Origin: Convolutriloba macropyga
Taxonomy: Eukaryota
Length of the DNA stretch: 64,000 bases
Reading direction: 5' to 3'
Assembly: GCF_964194025.1 (NCBI RefSeq)
Contig: NC_134470.1
Coordinates: 46,562,001 to 46,626,000 of the forward strand
Shown here: one piece after another, positions 35,231 to 49,050 of the stretch
How positions within the stretch are numbered: position 1 is the stretch's first letter
How the letters are laid out: each line of letters opens with the position of its first letter
The notes under the pieces: model-generated
The model's input: the letters and a program-made list of their open reading frames with translations, nothing else
Databases searched by the model: none
What the model was told of the DNA's origin: nothing
Translations under genes and position numbers: made by a program

Positions 35231-37227
35231 TAAATAAATTTTAAAATTAAAAACTTTTCGCAAGGGTGATTGTTGCTGATAACTTAACCACATTGGAGCT
35301 TCACGTCGGCACAGAATATTTGTTAATTTTGTCTACAGAAATACACCAATGCAGAAAACTGCGCCATTTTTCCTGCTGTGTATATAGAAACGGCGGTTAC
35401 TGCTGACTTTTGGAAAACAGAAAAGTAAGTGTTTCTGTGGTCACCGTACAAAATCACTTACACTTAAAATTTTAAAGTCTTTATAAAAAATCGTTGGTTT
35501 TCATTGCTTTACAACGATTAATGTTTTCAGTATCAGTTATTTTTGAAAGCTGAGTTGTTCTTGGATCTTTTGAAAATAACGTTGTCACATTACTGCACAC
35601 AGCAATTTAATTGACTTTCCCTGATTCGAGTGCTTGATTTATTGCATGCAATATCGCTTTATTAAGAGCTTAATGAAAACCCATCCATCGTATGGTTGCG
35701 GTAAGGTAATGGTACTTATGGGCCAAGTGTTAAATACCGAATCAAGTAGATTTAGGTTGTGCCTGCTGTTCTTTTTAATCAATTCTGGATGACGAATTTT
35801 AGTGCTGGCGCCTATCTTTTACGTCCTAGATGTTCTGATTTTTTTTAAACTGCCCTGCAACAATATTTGAGCAATTATTTTATACGTGTATTTGTTTTTA
35901 CGACTCGGAAAGGAGTGTTGATTTTCTTTGCGTTTTTACGACTCGAAGAGGAGTACTGGAGAAGTATTTTTTTTCCTAAATGAATTTTCTTGATAGATTT
36001 TTGAGGCAAGACATAAAGCGCGTGATAAAATGGGGTGTTTTAATTGTTGTGTCTAGTTTTGCCTTATTGTTACAATAAATGTATGAAATAGCAAATCGTG
36101 CTGTCTAATAAGAGTTTTAGTGCCTGTAAATATATCGACGAACCGGATATTTTGGGTAGCCCTCGGTTACAAATAGATTTTGGTGATCCGGTTATTGTTC
36201 TCCGTGCACATCAAACAAGTTTCTTGCTTGCAGATATTTACAGCTCCAATTTTATGACTGTACAACGCAAACTGACCTTGCTTTTTGCGAAAGGAACAAA
36301 TAGGTCAACAAATTGTTAAAAATATAGGAAATTACACCTCGATCATTATCTCGAAGTTAAAATGTTGACTATTGTACGAAACAAAACAAATTGTGCAAAA
36401 AAGAAACAAGGCCTAGCCTCGAGAAAAGGAACTAAAAAGCCGAAATTTTGATTTTTCTTGGGAGTGTTTTATGAAGTGCCATTGATTATGTACTGGTGCG
36501 AATGAAAACTTGATTTGGGTCAAGGTTTTTTTTGCATCTGCTTGACTGGTTGCGTGTGCTTGAGGCCATAGGTCCTGGTCAGTGAAGGAGCTATCCCACC
36601 TCCCCTGGATCCCTCCGTGCAAGTTCTAGAAAATGAAAGTGTTCTCCGCCTATATTCGCCGCAAGAAAAACGTTGCTCATGGAGCATGCCTTAGACTATC
36701 AGGATCTGCGCTAAGTGGGGTGATTTTCTAGTCATATTCTTGCCTTCCCTTGCTGCTGAGATGCCAGAGCAAATATTAGCTCTTGAAACCAATCTGAGTA
36801 AAGTGGATTTACCAGCCTTTTAAAGAGTAGCAAGCCTTGAAAGTGCAAACAAAATCATTAAAAAAGCCGCAAATCCTTACGTGCTCTGAAGCAGAACAAC
36901 AGTACTTCTGGTGATCACAACTCCAATAAGCCTAAAGCAGATGATGAAGCAGTTGGTGAAAGACGACTGCTGAGAAGACAAACGAATTCAAAAGTGGGAC
37001 GAATCAAAACATGGAGACACTGCTTTGGGCAGTTAGGTTCCTCCGAGCCGGATAAGTCTATATATTGGGAGGATAAGTTCCTCCGAGCAGAATAGTGAAA
37101 ACTTTTGCAGGGCTAACAGTTCTGCTCTTACTCATATGCAAAAGATCTCACGAGTCGTGTTTGAAGTCCTTGGGAGTTCAATTTTGTCAAAAATTTTTTT
37201 TGAAGCTCCTGAGTTCTGGACTGATCA

Positions 37228-37389
37228 TGTTGAAGCTCAAGCTTCAATATTTCGCAAGTTTCTTAATTTGACTTTTGCATGATTTGATTTCTAACTTTAG
37301 CGCATATGTTTCCATGCTAATTTACCGCTGAAACCAAAGTTTGTGAATTTACTATTGTCAAATCGATCTTATAAGCAAGTTGGTCAATA
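37228..37389 (+). repeat. 5' LTR
   Basis: TGTTGAAGCTCAAG...TTGGTCAATA; two mismatches seen versus the 3' LTR. Confidence 0.97.
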
Positions 37390-37390
37390 T

Positions 37391-37402
37391 TGGTGACCCC
37401 GA
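37391..37402 (+). promoter_or_regulatory. Primer binding site, tRNA-Trp-type
   Basis: TGGTGACCCCGA, 1 nt after the 5' LTR, complementary to the 3' end of eukaryotic tRNA-Trp (..UCGGGGUCACCA). Confidence 0.85.
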
Positions 37403-38792
37403 AACAACGAACTGCAACTAAAAACTTCTCAGATAAAATTAAAATTGTAAAGACATTAAAAAAATTGACGTAAAGACAAGGAGTGCCTTTGAATTCTTTT
37501 CAATACCGAATTTCTGTATTCACATAACTCAATGTTTTCTTTATTTTAGAACAATTTAGAACTGCAACTACAGCCCGTCAACGAATACGAAAAAAGAGGA
37601 AAAATTCAAAATTCACAAAAAAAGAAGAACAGAAAAAATGCAGAAATAGCATAATCAAATACAAATTCCAAAAGAGAAGGAAAATAGTTTCGGAATATGA
37701 CAAGTGAAGCATTGTTTGCCAGCAACTAATTTTTTATAGTTCTATCTTTCTAACAAAGAACTAAGTAACAAAAGTAAAAGGGTCTCAATCCGAAGTAACC
37801 TATATCTATATAAGCCTATTTTACCTATATATATTTATATACCTAATATCAAATTTATAAACAAAAAGACTTTGTCCATGCGTCTTTGTTATCATTGAAA
37901 AAGTTTTATTGTGCAAATAGGCCTAAACAGCATCACAACTTATTGCAAAAAAAAACCACTGCCTTTTTTTAAAAAGCAGTTTAATAGCTGTAGATGCGTG
38001 TACATCGTTCTTTGCTTTGAAGTAGATAGTGTTCAATCACATACACACACATAAAGAAAATAACAACACAATAAAATTTGTTTTTTATCGTAGATAGATA
38101 TCGAAGTTTTGGAGTTTTCAATCTCTTCAAAATGTAAAGCAAGAAAGAACACGGACACGGCAATTACTGTCAAACACTTTCTACTTCAGAGGGCACGTTA
38201 AGCAGTAGACAAAGCTTCGGATTTACGTTGTTCGTTGGAGAGAAGATTTAAACGTCAAGTAGTAACCCCACGTATCAAAAGTCGGTAAAAATAATTTCTT
38301 TTGACATTAATCATCCTTAAAAAAAATTGACGTTCTCTGATCATCTGCAAAGTCCAACAGACCCAACCAAGTTTAGGATAAAAGAAACTCAGACCATACC
38401 TTCACTAATATCACAACAATATAAAAGCACACTCGGGTCTGAGATAAATTTTGCTCTTTTAACATATCACCATAACAAAGGAATTTTCTTTCGAAAAAAG
38501 TAAAAATAATCGTTTATCAGCAAATAGGCTGACAATTAAAAGAACTCAAAACCATTACGCTGCATACAGATTGGAGAATACTAAACAAAAAACAGAGAAC
38601 GGAAGTAGAAAGAGCAGCTTCTTTACCAACCTCAATTAACACTGAATACTCTTGCGCGCAACAATACAGGGGCTCTCATTGATAGTGCTGTTTAAATTTG
38701 CATAGAAACTGAAACTGTTCAAAACTGCAAACTAATTAAGCACTAAGCAAGAATAACCCGAACAATTCCAAACAGCAATTAGACCGAAACAA

Positions 38793-41700
38793 ATGGCACC
38801 AAAAACAAATAAAAGGAAAGAGACGTTGATCCAACAAATCATGAGACGTGAAGTTGAGTGGGGCTCAGCAGTTAACTTTCTTGAGGAACAGTATCAGACC
38901 GATGACGTTGACGTTCTTCAACTCACGTATGACACACTGCTGGAACATAAGGCATGCTTGGACAAGCTATTGGATAATATCTCCGAGTTTACCCTTACAA
39001 CTAACGAGAACATCACACTTGCCGAACGCTCAGGTGAACGCACAACAACATTGCTGAAATGGAAGAAAATTATAAATGGTTTGTCTAAATCAAAGATGAA
39101 CACAGTTGGTGCTTCAGGAGACAATCCTATTACAAAAACAACAATGTATGCGCCTTCATCGAAATTATATCAAACAGATACACCAGGCACAAAGAAAGTG
39201 CAGCCCAAAATCACACGGAGGTACAACTTACGCAACAGACATAATTCATCTAACAACTCGAGAGAATCATCCTCAGATAGAAGTCTGCGCAACGCAATCT
39301 CTATATCACAGCCACAAGACTCATGCCCGACACTGACCGAAAGAAACAATACCAGTTGTTCTGTCTCAAATGAAATCGGACTCAGCATTGATAGATATCA
39401 ATCACTGAATTTTAGAAATGACACCGACAATTCTTCACCTGACAGTCATCGAAAAAACGGCAGAGATACAGTTGTGTCGAATAAATCCTGCAAACGTATC
39501 ATTGGAGAAACTGTAGAAAACACAGCAAACAACAGCATAGGAATTAGTAATCAACGAATAGATTGGGACCGGAACAGTTTACAACAGGGGTCTTCTCGAA
39601 CATTTGTTGAACAGACCTCCAATAGTGAACCTAAAGATTCAAACGAAGGAAACGAACGACAACCTGAACTTTCCAAGGGAACCCAGAGCAATCAACATAA
39701 CGAGTGCATTGGAACAAATTGGCATAATCAATTTGCCGAACCATTTCAGTTTGTGAAATTCAACAAAACCAATCAGGACCCCCAAACAACATCAATAGTA
39801 AATCACTCAGCAATATTTAAAAGCCATCAGCTTCCAGATAAACAACTCAGAAATTCAAAACTGCTCATAGCACAAAAAGGTATTAGCAATTAGCAATTGT
39901 CCCTCAGAGGACAGCTGTGACGACAGTGACAGTGACAGCGATGAAGAGACAAACCAACGAAACGATTTGCGTGCAAAAGTTTCCTCAAAGAACCAAGCAT
40001 CCAAACTACAAATCATTGGGGGAAGCACAACTCACCAACAATCAACACAACAGGAAAGTTGCCTAACAAATTCACGAACTCTTGCTTCGAATAAACAAAA
40101 ACAAACAAGGGATAAAAACATTTTCCCACCCGAGAATCGGAATCAACCTCGTTGCAATGAGAATACCATGTTAACACAGACAACCTACAGCCGTCCAACA
40201 GTATCAGCAGACACATCTGACACGGAAATACAGAAAAGGTCTTGCCGCAACCAGTCTCATGCAATACACGAAATCAGAGAGAACAGTATGGAGAGATACG
40301 AAGACAGCTCCAATGTCAGACAACCCACAGTTCACTTCGAATCTGCTACACAACTACATGAAAATCACACAACCATTTCAACCAACGAACATTTTCGCAA
40401 TCTGCAATTTACACCAAATCAGAGAAACCCGCACATAAACATCAATTTGCCAAAGACACAACTGAAGACATACAACGGAGACCCCCTCAAATGGCACGAG
40501 TGGTATTGTTATTTCAAATCAACAATACATGATAACGTGTCTCTTTCGGACGCACAGAAAATCACCTATCTCCAAAACGCTCTCACAGATCGCGCAAAGG
40601 AAAGCGTTTTTGGATACTCATATAATGCAGAATTTTACCACGATGCAATAACTGAACTCAAGAGAAGATTTGGAAGACCACAAACTGTTATTGCAGCATA
40701 TCTTGACAAACTGGAACGCTGGCCCAAGCCTTCGACAGACAACCCAGACAGCTTCATTTCATTTGCAGCGTTTCTCAGACAATTAGTACAAACTTTTCTT
40801 CACGAATTTACGCCGGACCTGCAATCATCCGCCGTTCTCAGAGTAGCCAAAGAAAAACTATCTCCTGCAATGATAATAAAGTGGAACGAAAATGTCATCC
40901 GCAAAGAACTTGTTAACTCAAATTTGATTCATTTCAAAGATTGGATAGACAAGTATGCCGAAGCGTGCGAAGATATGCCACGCACTCACAACAGAAATTC
41001 ATTCTATGAGAGAACACACCAACGTGGAAAATCTCAACAAAGTATCAACGCCAGAAAGAATTGCCCGCTTTGTTCACAAAGCCACAATTTAGGAAAATGT
41101 CAAAAATTTTTGAGTGAAAACGTGTACGACAGACAGCAGACAGTGCGACAACTGCACTTATGCCCAAATTGTCTTACTAAACATCCAAAAGGACAATGCA
41201 ACAGCAAATACAGATGCCAGGTAGACAATTGTAACGGTTTTCATCACTCAACAATACACCGTAACAATTTCAGCACAACACAGCCTAGTAATCAAGGACA
41301 AAACCAATCAACATCTGAATATCGACACAATGGAGATAACTTGAACAGAAACCAGTTCAATTTCACAAACAACAGTTCTTCGTGGAACAAAAATTTGAGC
41401 AGCAGGAACCCCAACTGCAATCACCAAATTAGACAAAATGGTAACAGTGGTTACAACCGGCAACGCAGCAGAAGCCGATACAACAGCAGCAACAACTACA
41501 ACAACAACAGCAGCATCAACAGCAATAGCAACAATAGCACAAATGGTAGCTACAACAATAGTAACAGCTACAACACACATAACCGGAACTTCTATTACGG
41601 GCAATCACATCAAGTGCCCAATACGCCCAATGTTCAACAACAGCAGCCAACATCAGGAAACTTCAATCAACAATATCAGCACTCAACAGACCAATATTTG

Positions 41701-42402
41701 CAAATCTTCACAGGCAGCAATAACCGACACCAGAACTACACTTGCAGTAATAACCAGCCGAGCAGTTGGATCCGACCACATGTTCAGCTCCAAGCAATAC
41801 CGGTAACAGTGTTTTCGGAGACGGTCTCCATTGAAGCTTACGCTCTCCTTGACAGTGGAAGTGATAATACGCAAATTACCAAGACAATTGTAGATGCTTT
41901 AGGAATTCGTGATAGGAAATGTGTTGCAATACCCGTAGCATCACTATACCAAGAACACACGATTGAAACAACAGAAATTTTTCTTGGGATTGGAGCCATC
42001 GACAGCAGTAGACCTATCATTAACTTACCAGTCTTTGCGACCTCTACCACAGACTTTCAAATGCCGACGGTGCCAATTCAGATGCTCAACAGCGTTTGTA
42101 AGGACTTCGGTCATTTAAGCGATATCAATTTTCCTCAAATCAGAGACAACAAAATAGGTATTCTGATAGGATCCGATGCGTTTACAGCAACAGTTCCACT
42201 CAAGTACACAATCGGACCACCGGGAACACCGTACGGAGTTCTCACACAATTAGGATGGACAATAACAGGACCAGTCCCAAACAAGTATAGACAAATTACA
42301 GAGAAGAACCAATGCAATCGTAATATAACCTTGTTCAATAGGGTTAAGTCAAGAAGAGAAAATTTTGGACGAAGACATGCTACAATTATTTTGGACCTGT
42401 GA
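38793..42402 (+). pseudogene. BEL/Pao gag + aspartic protease (split by a stop/frameshift near 39890-39970)
   Basis: LPKTQLKTYNGDPLKWHEW..F (DUF1759-like capsid region); CPLCSQSHNLGKC, CPNCLTKHPKGQC and CQVDNCNGFHHSTIH knuckles; YALLDSGS protease; ILIGSD; TQLGWTITGP. Confidence 0.92.
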
Positions 42403-45400
42403 AGGAACAAGAACGACAAAGGCTTCACCTAATACAGTAAACCAAGAAGTCAAGAAAGCCCTACAAATTTTCGAGGATACAGTAACGGAGAGAGGTATGA
42501 GATTGGACTACCCTGGAAACAAAACATACAATTACCTAACAATTACTTTCTAGCAAAAGCCCAATTACGATCATTGGAAAAGCGCCTCAATGAAGACAAA
42601 CAGTTAGCCGACACCTACAGCAGCTTAATTCAGAACGATATTGTAAAAGGTTATGTTGAGGAGACGGACCGCGAACCTTCCCCAACTTGCAGCCAATTAT
42701 GGTGTCTTCCTCATCATCCAGTACAGCACAAACAGAAGAAAACGGTTCGTCGTGTAACAAACGCAGCATCTATTTATAAAGGACATTCACTGAATAAAGT
42801 GCTTCTAACTGGACCAGATCTTCTCTGCAGTTTAGTTGGACTCCTACTACGCTTTCGACAGTTTGCCATAGCAGTTACCTGAGATATAGAAGCCATGTTT
42901 ATGCAGATAGCAGCAAGGAAAGAAGATCAAGACGCATTAAGGTTTCTATGGTACAAAAACAACACCGAAACAATATACAAATACAAGCGACTCATATTTG
43001 GTGCAACCTGTTCGCCCTCTTTTGCTATCTATGTACTTCGAAAATGTGCTATCGATAATCACCACTTATCACCTGAAGCCAGTCAATCAATAACGAATAA
43101 TTTTTACATGGACGAGTTTTTACAGAGTTTCGAGACAACAGACGAAGCAATTGAACAGACAACATGCATCAAAGAAACACTTAAAAAAGGAGGATTCAAC
43201 TTAACGCAATTCTTCAGCAACGATTCGAGTTTTCCTTTAATTGACGGCTCTGAAGGAGATACAGCATTAACGCAACGAGTTCTGGGACAGACGTGGGATG
43301 TCAAAAACGACACCTTCATATTTAGGAAACCCAATTTAGACATCAAAATTGAACGTTTACATTAAAGAGAACTCTTGTCAATAGCAGCTTCGCTTTTCGA
43401 CCCCCTGGGGATGATAACGCCATTTGCGATACGAATTCGAAGCCTTCTTCAAGCAGTCATAAAACAAGGCAAGAAATGGGACGAACAAGTACCAGTCGAA
43501 TTTCATATTGACCTGAAGAAATGGATTAACGAATTCAACAGCATGCCAGATATTACAACAAAAAGATGCCTTGTAACAGGACCAACGACCAGTCAACAAC
43601 TTCATGTCTTCACAGATGCATCAAATATAGCAACTTCAGCGGTTATTTATATGAGATCTACAACTACTGAAGGGAATTTCATTGTGAACTATGTCATTAG
43701 CAAATCCCGAGTAGCCCCCATAAAGCACAAGTATACCTAAACTTGAATTACAGGCAGCCACAATGGGAGCCAAACTAGCTAGTTTTGTAGTCACAGAAAT
43801 GACATTAAATTTTTCCTCAGTTCACTTCTGGACGGATAGTACTGCAACATTAGGATGGATAAACTCAGACAAACGGCAAAAAGTTTTCGTAGCTAACCGT
43901 GTCAACAAAATTTTGGAACATTCTAAAGCAGAGGAATGGAAACATATATCCGGAAAGCTCAACCCTGCCGACCATGGTACCAGAGGTTTGAAACCATCAG
44001 AGCTTGAAGAGAAGTGGCTACAAGGACCAAAATTTCTTTTTCAAGACCCTGAAAACTGGAACTTTGATCAAACAAAATTTTTAACAACGACAAATTTAGT
44101 ATTACCTAAATGTATGGACCCTGTCATATAACCATCAAAATTTTCAATTTCGAAACGATTGCTCAGAAGGACAACAACCGTGTACAAAGCAAAACATTTT
44201 GCGGAAAAGAGATACACTAAACAGTCAGAATGCAGTCCAAAATTACCTGATAAAGATTTCACAACAAAACACTTTTAGAAAAGCAATTATTAGAATGCAA
44301 ACTGGACAACAACTGGAACGAAGGGATGCAGTTCTTCAATTCAATCCATTTTTGGACGGAAATGGAGTTTTGCGTGCCAAAGGAAGGCTGAGACATGCGC
44401 CAATACCTTGCAATCAAAAACACCCCATAATACTAGACATCAAAGACCTTGTCACATGTGAACGGAGTTTGTCAGAGCGCACCTACAACAGACATTTTTA
44501 ATCATTGGACTTCGAAGGTTCCTAAGAAGACTCAGCCGGACAGGTTTCATATGCCGCCGATGGAGAGCTCAGAATATTACACCAATGATGTCTGATCTTC
44601 CGCACTTTCGCTTTGCTGGTGCCAAAAAACAATACCCATTCATAAATGTAGGATTAGATTACTTTGGACCTTTCTACATTGAGTATAATACTCGCAAGCT
44701 TGCAAAACAGTACATCTGCATTTTCACTCGTTTAGTAACCCGTGCAGTGCACTTGGAAGTTTGCCATAGTCTAGACACCGACAGTTGTTTACTTGCAATT
44801 AGACGTTTTGTTTCAAGGAGAGGATACCCAGAGATAATAATCTCCGACAACGGAACAAATTTTACAGCATCGAAAAAGGTTATGAATTTGGATAATATCA
44901 GCATTGACAACTCCTATATTGCTCAACAATTATCGCAGCAGAACATAGTTTGGAAAATGAATCCACCACTTGCTCCACACTTCGGAGGTATATGGGAAAG
45001 AATAATTCAAACAGCGAAGAGAACTCTTCTCATAATCTTAGGAAGTCAGCAACTGAAAGCAGAGACTTACCAAACAATTGTGACAGAAACGGAAGGCATC
45101 CTAAACTCCCGCCCCATAACTTACGTTTCTTCTGATAACAACGACGAAGAAGCCCTGACACCCAACCACTTCATTCTTCGACGACCACATCTAGCCCTAG
45201 CCCCTCTAACATCAAAACTGAAAACTTTCAGGAAGAAAGATTTCAACTATACACAAACGCTTTTGGACCACTTCTGGAAATGACTTCAAAGAGAGTATAC
45301 TTCAGACCTAATAAGCAGAGCAAAATGGAGAGAGCAGTCAAAACAACTCAGAGTGGGCGATTTAGTCTGGATTCTGAACGAATTTACCCCAAGAGGTATT

Positions 45401-45571
45401 TGGCCCCTTGGACGGATAACCAAATGTCATTATGGAGCCGACGAAATACCAAGATCATTTGACATTCACACAGCAACAGGTACACTAACGCGCCCTGCAG
45501 TAAAATTGTCACGAGTCATAGATGAAGAAGAAGCGGACATCACAAGGAGCGCAGCAACAAACCCAACTTGA
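42365..45571 (+). pseudogene. BEL/Pao pol (RT, RNase H, integrase), fragmented
   Basis: LPHHPV, SLNKVLLTGPDLL, DIEAMFMQI, FGATCSP, FYMDEF (YMDD variant), SLFDPLG, HVFTDAS, FWTDS, NPADHGTRG, GLDYFGP, SDNGTNF, GGIWER, LTPNHF, WPLGRI. About ten stops/frameshifts across the whole ORF. Confidence 0.95.
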
Positions 45572-45987
45572 TTTAAAACTGTATTAGAATTATCACCAAA
45601 TTGTTTACTTATCTCCTGGAAACCAGTCATTCAACATTCAATAATATTATTAACCCTTTTCTCTCGTTGTGTGGGAGGATTGTGATTTTTGTCAAAAATT
45701 CCAATTAGCTTTTAGATGTCAAGCCACCGCGAGATAGCGAATTGCAACTCAGAACAACATCAGAAGCCAAATAGATCAAACCGGTCCTTTCCAAATCAAG
45801 TAACCAGCAGCTCGCAAGATTGTCTATCATACAGTGCAGCTTACAATGCAAAGAGAAGATCAACAACTTCGAAAGAGATTATAAGTCACAAACTCAATAT
45901 GTTTTAGTTTTAAAGTAGTTTTAAATTAGTACCAGAGTATTCAGGTCTAGCCCTAATTTTAAAGCGCGCCCTCCTCTCCTCGCGGAG

Positions 45988-46149
45988 TGTTGAAGCTCAA
46001 GCTTCAATATTTCGCAAGTTTCTTAATTTGACTTTTGCATGATTTGATTTCTAACTTTAGCCCATATGTTTCCATGCTAATTTACCGCTGAAACCAAAGT
46101 TTGTGAATTTACTATTGTCAAATCGATCTTATAAGCAAGTTGGTCAACA
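45988..46149 (+). repeat. 3' LTR
   Basis: TGTTGAAGCTCAAG...TTGGTCAACA with TGTTGA/TCAACA terminal inverted repeats, followed by the GATCA TSD. Confidence 0.97.
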
Positions 46150-46154
46150 GATCA

Positions 46155-48230
46155 TGTTCTGTTCACATTGGTTTACCTCATGGCCAAGGCTTGAGAATGG
46201 TTTAATTCTCTCAGTGAAAATCGGTGACTGTTGGCTGAGTCCTGCATTGAGTATTCGCAATTTAAAAATTGCCTTTATAAGATTTGATCAATCAAGAGAA
46301 AAACGAATGATAGTTTAGCCATGATTGAATCCCTATATTTTCAATTAGTTGTTCGATGGAAACCTGGATAAAATGAAATCAAGATGATAACTTTTCTCAA
46401 AAATGTCGCCCAACGGTCTATTTTTATCTAAGTGCTAGGCTTGGAGGCGAATTGTCTTTGTTATTTGATACTTCGTTAGAAGTATACAGCTTCAAGAAAT
46501 ACGAATATAGGTATGCTCAGTTAATGTGTTTGATAAAAAAAATACAATGAACATACCAGAGTTCGTCGGTGATGTGCTCACTTTAATGTATGATAACTGC
46601 CTGCTCTTTGACGAAATTGATTTTTGGCGTTATCAGTATATCAATATTGTCGCCCAATGAGGCCGCTCGCAGTTGGTTTTCTTTTCTTGATGAGTTCAGC
46701 CTAGTGCGTTATGGTATTGTTTCTGTGCATAAATTTGGTGACATATTGGATTAAGTAAGTACAACTAAGACCATTGAGTTAAACCATCGTAATGTCTTGA
46801 TTCTTACTGGATCTGATCATTGTGTTCTCAGTTTTCAATATCCACTATTAGGAATGTGAAGCCTTCGAACAAAATTGATTATTGCAACTAGAGGAACTTC
46901 GATGCGGAAGCGTTGAGCAGTTTTCTGGTCCAAGGAAGTCAAGATGTAATTAATCGCAGCTGTCAGTTTCGGATTATGATTTTAAAATGCTGACAAGATT
47001 GAAATGAAAGCAGTAAAAAGTGTTAAGAAAAATGTCAACTTTGCGAAGTAAAGTCTATCTTTGAGTTCAGTCACTTCGTCTTTTGCTAATTTCTAGAAAG
47101 GAGCCCAATAAATTAACTATCGCTTGGGTAGCACGAACCCAAACAAATGTTACCCAATGCTGAAAAAAAATTGAGAGGAACCGATGGAAGTCGGGTTGTA
47201 CAGCTAACCTCGTAGAATTGTTCTTTAGTTTTTTGATACCAAGATTGAACCGGTTCTCGAAACTGTGCCCTTAGTTGATAATGCAGATGTTAATCAATCA
47301 CGTGGCGCTGCAATGGTGTCTTTAGATGAGCTATCAGACAATGATATCGTGAAGTTGATATTCAAGACATCAATGAGCAATTCTTCTAATGATTTCGTTC
47401 CCTGTAAATTTTACCACAAGTCGATGAAGCGTATCATTTTTTGTTCGTCAAATTTATTAATTTGGCTTCCGTATCCGGTTATTTTCCTGGAGACTTGAAA
47501 GAAGGCACTTTTTCTGTACATAGTCGACAAAATCGAACCCTGGTTCAGAGGTCCTCTCAAACTACTGGCCTGAAAACAACCTGCGTTTTATTTCCAATTG
47601 AGAAACCTGTTTATCAACAACTGACACATATCTGGAATCTATTTTGTTGGAGTAAATACCAAATCGCCCATAGTTTTTTTTTCTACTGAAACAGCTCTAC
47701 TCAGTCTCAATTGATCTTCTATCGATTTTAGACGATGATAAACCAGTTATTGGCATTGGACTTCTGCCATCTGTCATCTGCTGTTGATGATTGATGATGA
47801 AGTTTTGCTCTTTTCCTTCTAACCATTTAAGAATGCCATCAACTGTTTTAGCGCTCCTAACAGTTTATTTGATCAACCGCTCTCATAAATATATCAGGTG
47901 AAATCTTTTCAAATGGAACAAATTTTGGCAAGAGTTCCGCATGGATTAATTTTGGGTTGGTTGCTTCTTTATCTGCTTTAGAAGGTAAATGTATAGCCTG
48001 CTTTGAACTATCAGTTATATGCTGATTATACCGCGTTAAGTTCCTATTTGATTCTTCGGTTTCGCAATTTAAACTCAATTTTACTCTGTGGTGATGAATT
48101 AACGTTTGCTGGTACAAAAATGATATTGAACGCGGAAAAGACTGCGTTTATGATTGTCAGCAAACGTGATGAAAGTGGAACTTGTCTTTTACATCTACCT
48201 CACAAAATACAAAGTTTTGTTCGAATTCAT
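46155..48230 (+). mobile_element. Old, heavily decayed L2/CR1-type LINE (APE + RT remnants), apparently interrupted by the BEL insertion (left part probably ~36700-37227)
   Basis: GSDHCVL (APE terminal SDH motif, ~46808), INLASVSGYFPGDLKEG (~47455), FFSTETALL (~47680), YQLYADYT (YADD-like, ~48010), LNAEKT. Confidence 0.7.
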
Positions 48231-48874
48231 GAAATGCGAAAAGTTTTCTTGGCCCGGAATGAGCTTGATATGAGTTTATATAGAAACGGCGGTTGCTGCT
48301 GACTTTTGAAAACAGAAAAGTTAGTGTTTCTGTGGTCACCGTACAAAATCACTTACACTTTAAATTTTAAAAAGTCCTCATAAAAAATCGTTGGTTTTCG
48401 TTGCTTTACAACGATTAATGTTTTTCTTATCAGTTATCTTTGAACGCTGAGTTGTTAAGGTTTAAATCTGTGCGGCTCATTTTGTATGTTTTCTGGTTTT
48501 GCTTGTGTAAATGATGTCAATGCTCAAATCTCTCCGGTTCTGGCTGGTGTAATTTCATACCAATTTTTTTAATGAAATCTGGTATGGTGAAGAATAAATG
48601 TTTTCATACAAAAGATAACGGTTCTGGATGCTGTTACAGTATTTTTGTTTTTGTGAAGTTTCGATGCTTCGAGTCTCTTCCGGAATTCTTCCAGCTATGT
48701 TTTTTTTCTGCAAAAATTTCGCATGACTGTTTTGTCTCAGAGAATTCTTCGATTTCACTTCTCTAGTGACTTTTTCGCGCTTGTTTTCTGATTCTTTAGT
48801 CGTTTGAATTCCGCGTATTCATAAATTAGTTCTGTTGCTAAAATAAAACAGATTTTGGAAGCTGATGGTAAATA

Positions 48875-49050
48875 GCGCGTGTAGCGTAGTGGGTTATGTC
48901 CTTAACTCTCAACCAAGAGGGTGCGGGTTCGACCCCTTCACAAGTCAAATATTCTTGCACCATAAGTCTGTTAGCCTATGCACGCCTTCTAAATTGTTTG
49001 ACTCGTCGGCAATCGTTCGAGAGCAGTTCGTCCGATATTAGTTGGTTTAT
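48875..49050 (+). mobile_element. tRNA-derived SINE
   Basis: A box TAGCGTAGTGG (48882-48892), B box GGTTCGACCCC (48926-48936); 3' tail GAGAGCAGTTCGTCCGATATTAGTTGGTTT similar to the SINE at 31.3 kb. Confidence 0.7.

Larger units (their letters stand above)
37228..46149 (+). mobile_element. Full-length BEL/Pao LTR retrotransposon (coding region disrupted)
   Basis: Paired 162-bp LTRs, 5-bp TSD GATCA (37223-37227 and 46150-46154), PBS, and gag-PR-RT-RH-IN order with BEL-type triple Cys/His knuckles. Confidence 0.97.

Noticed and set aside
41308-41806. Ala/Thr/Val-rich ORFs overlapping gag (41308-41604 minus, 41438-41806 plus)
   Set aside because: Alternative-frame shadows of the AAC/AGC-rich low-complexity gag tract.
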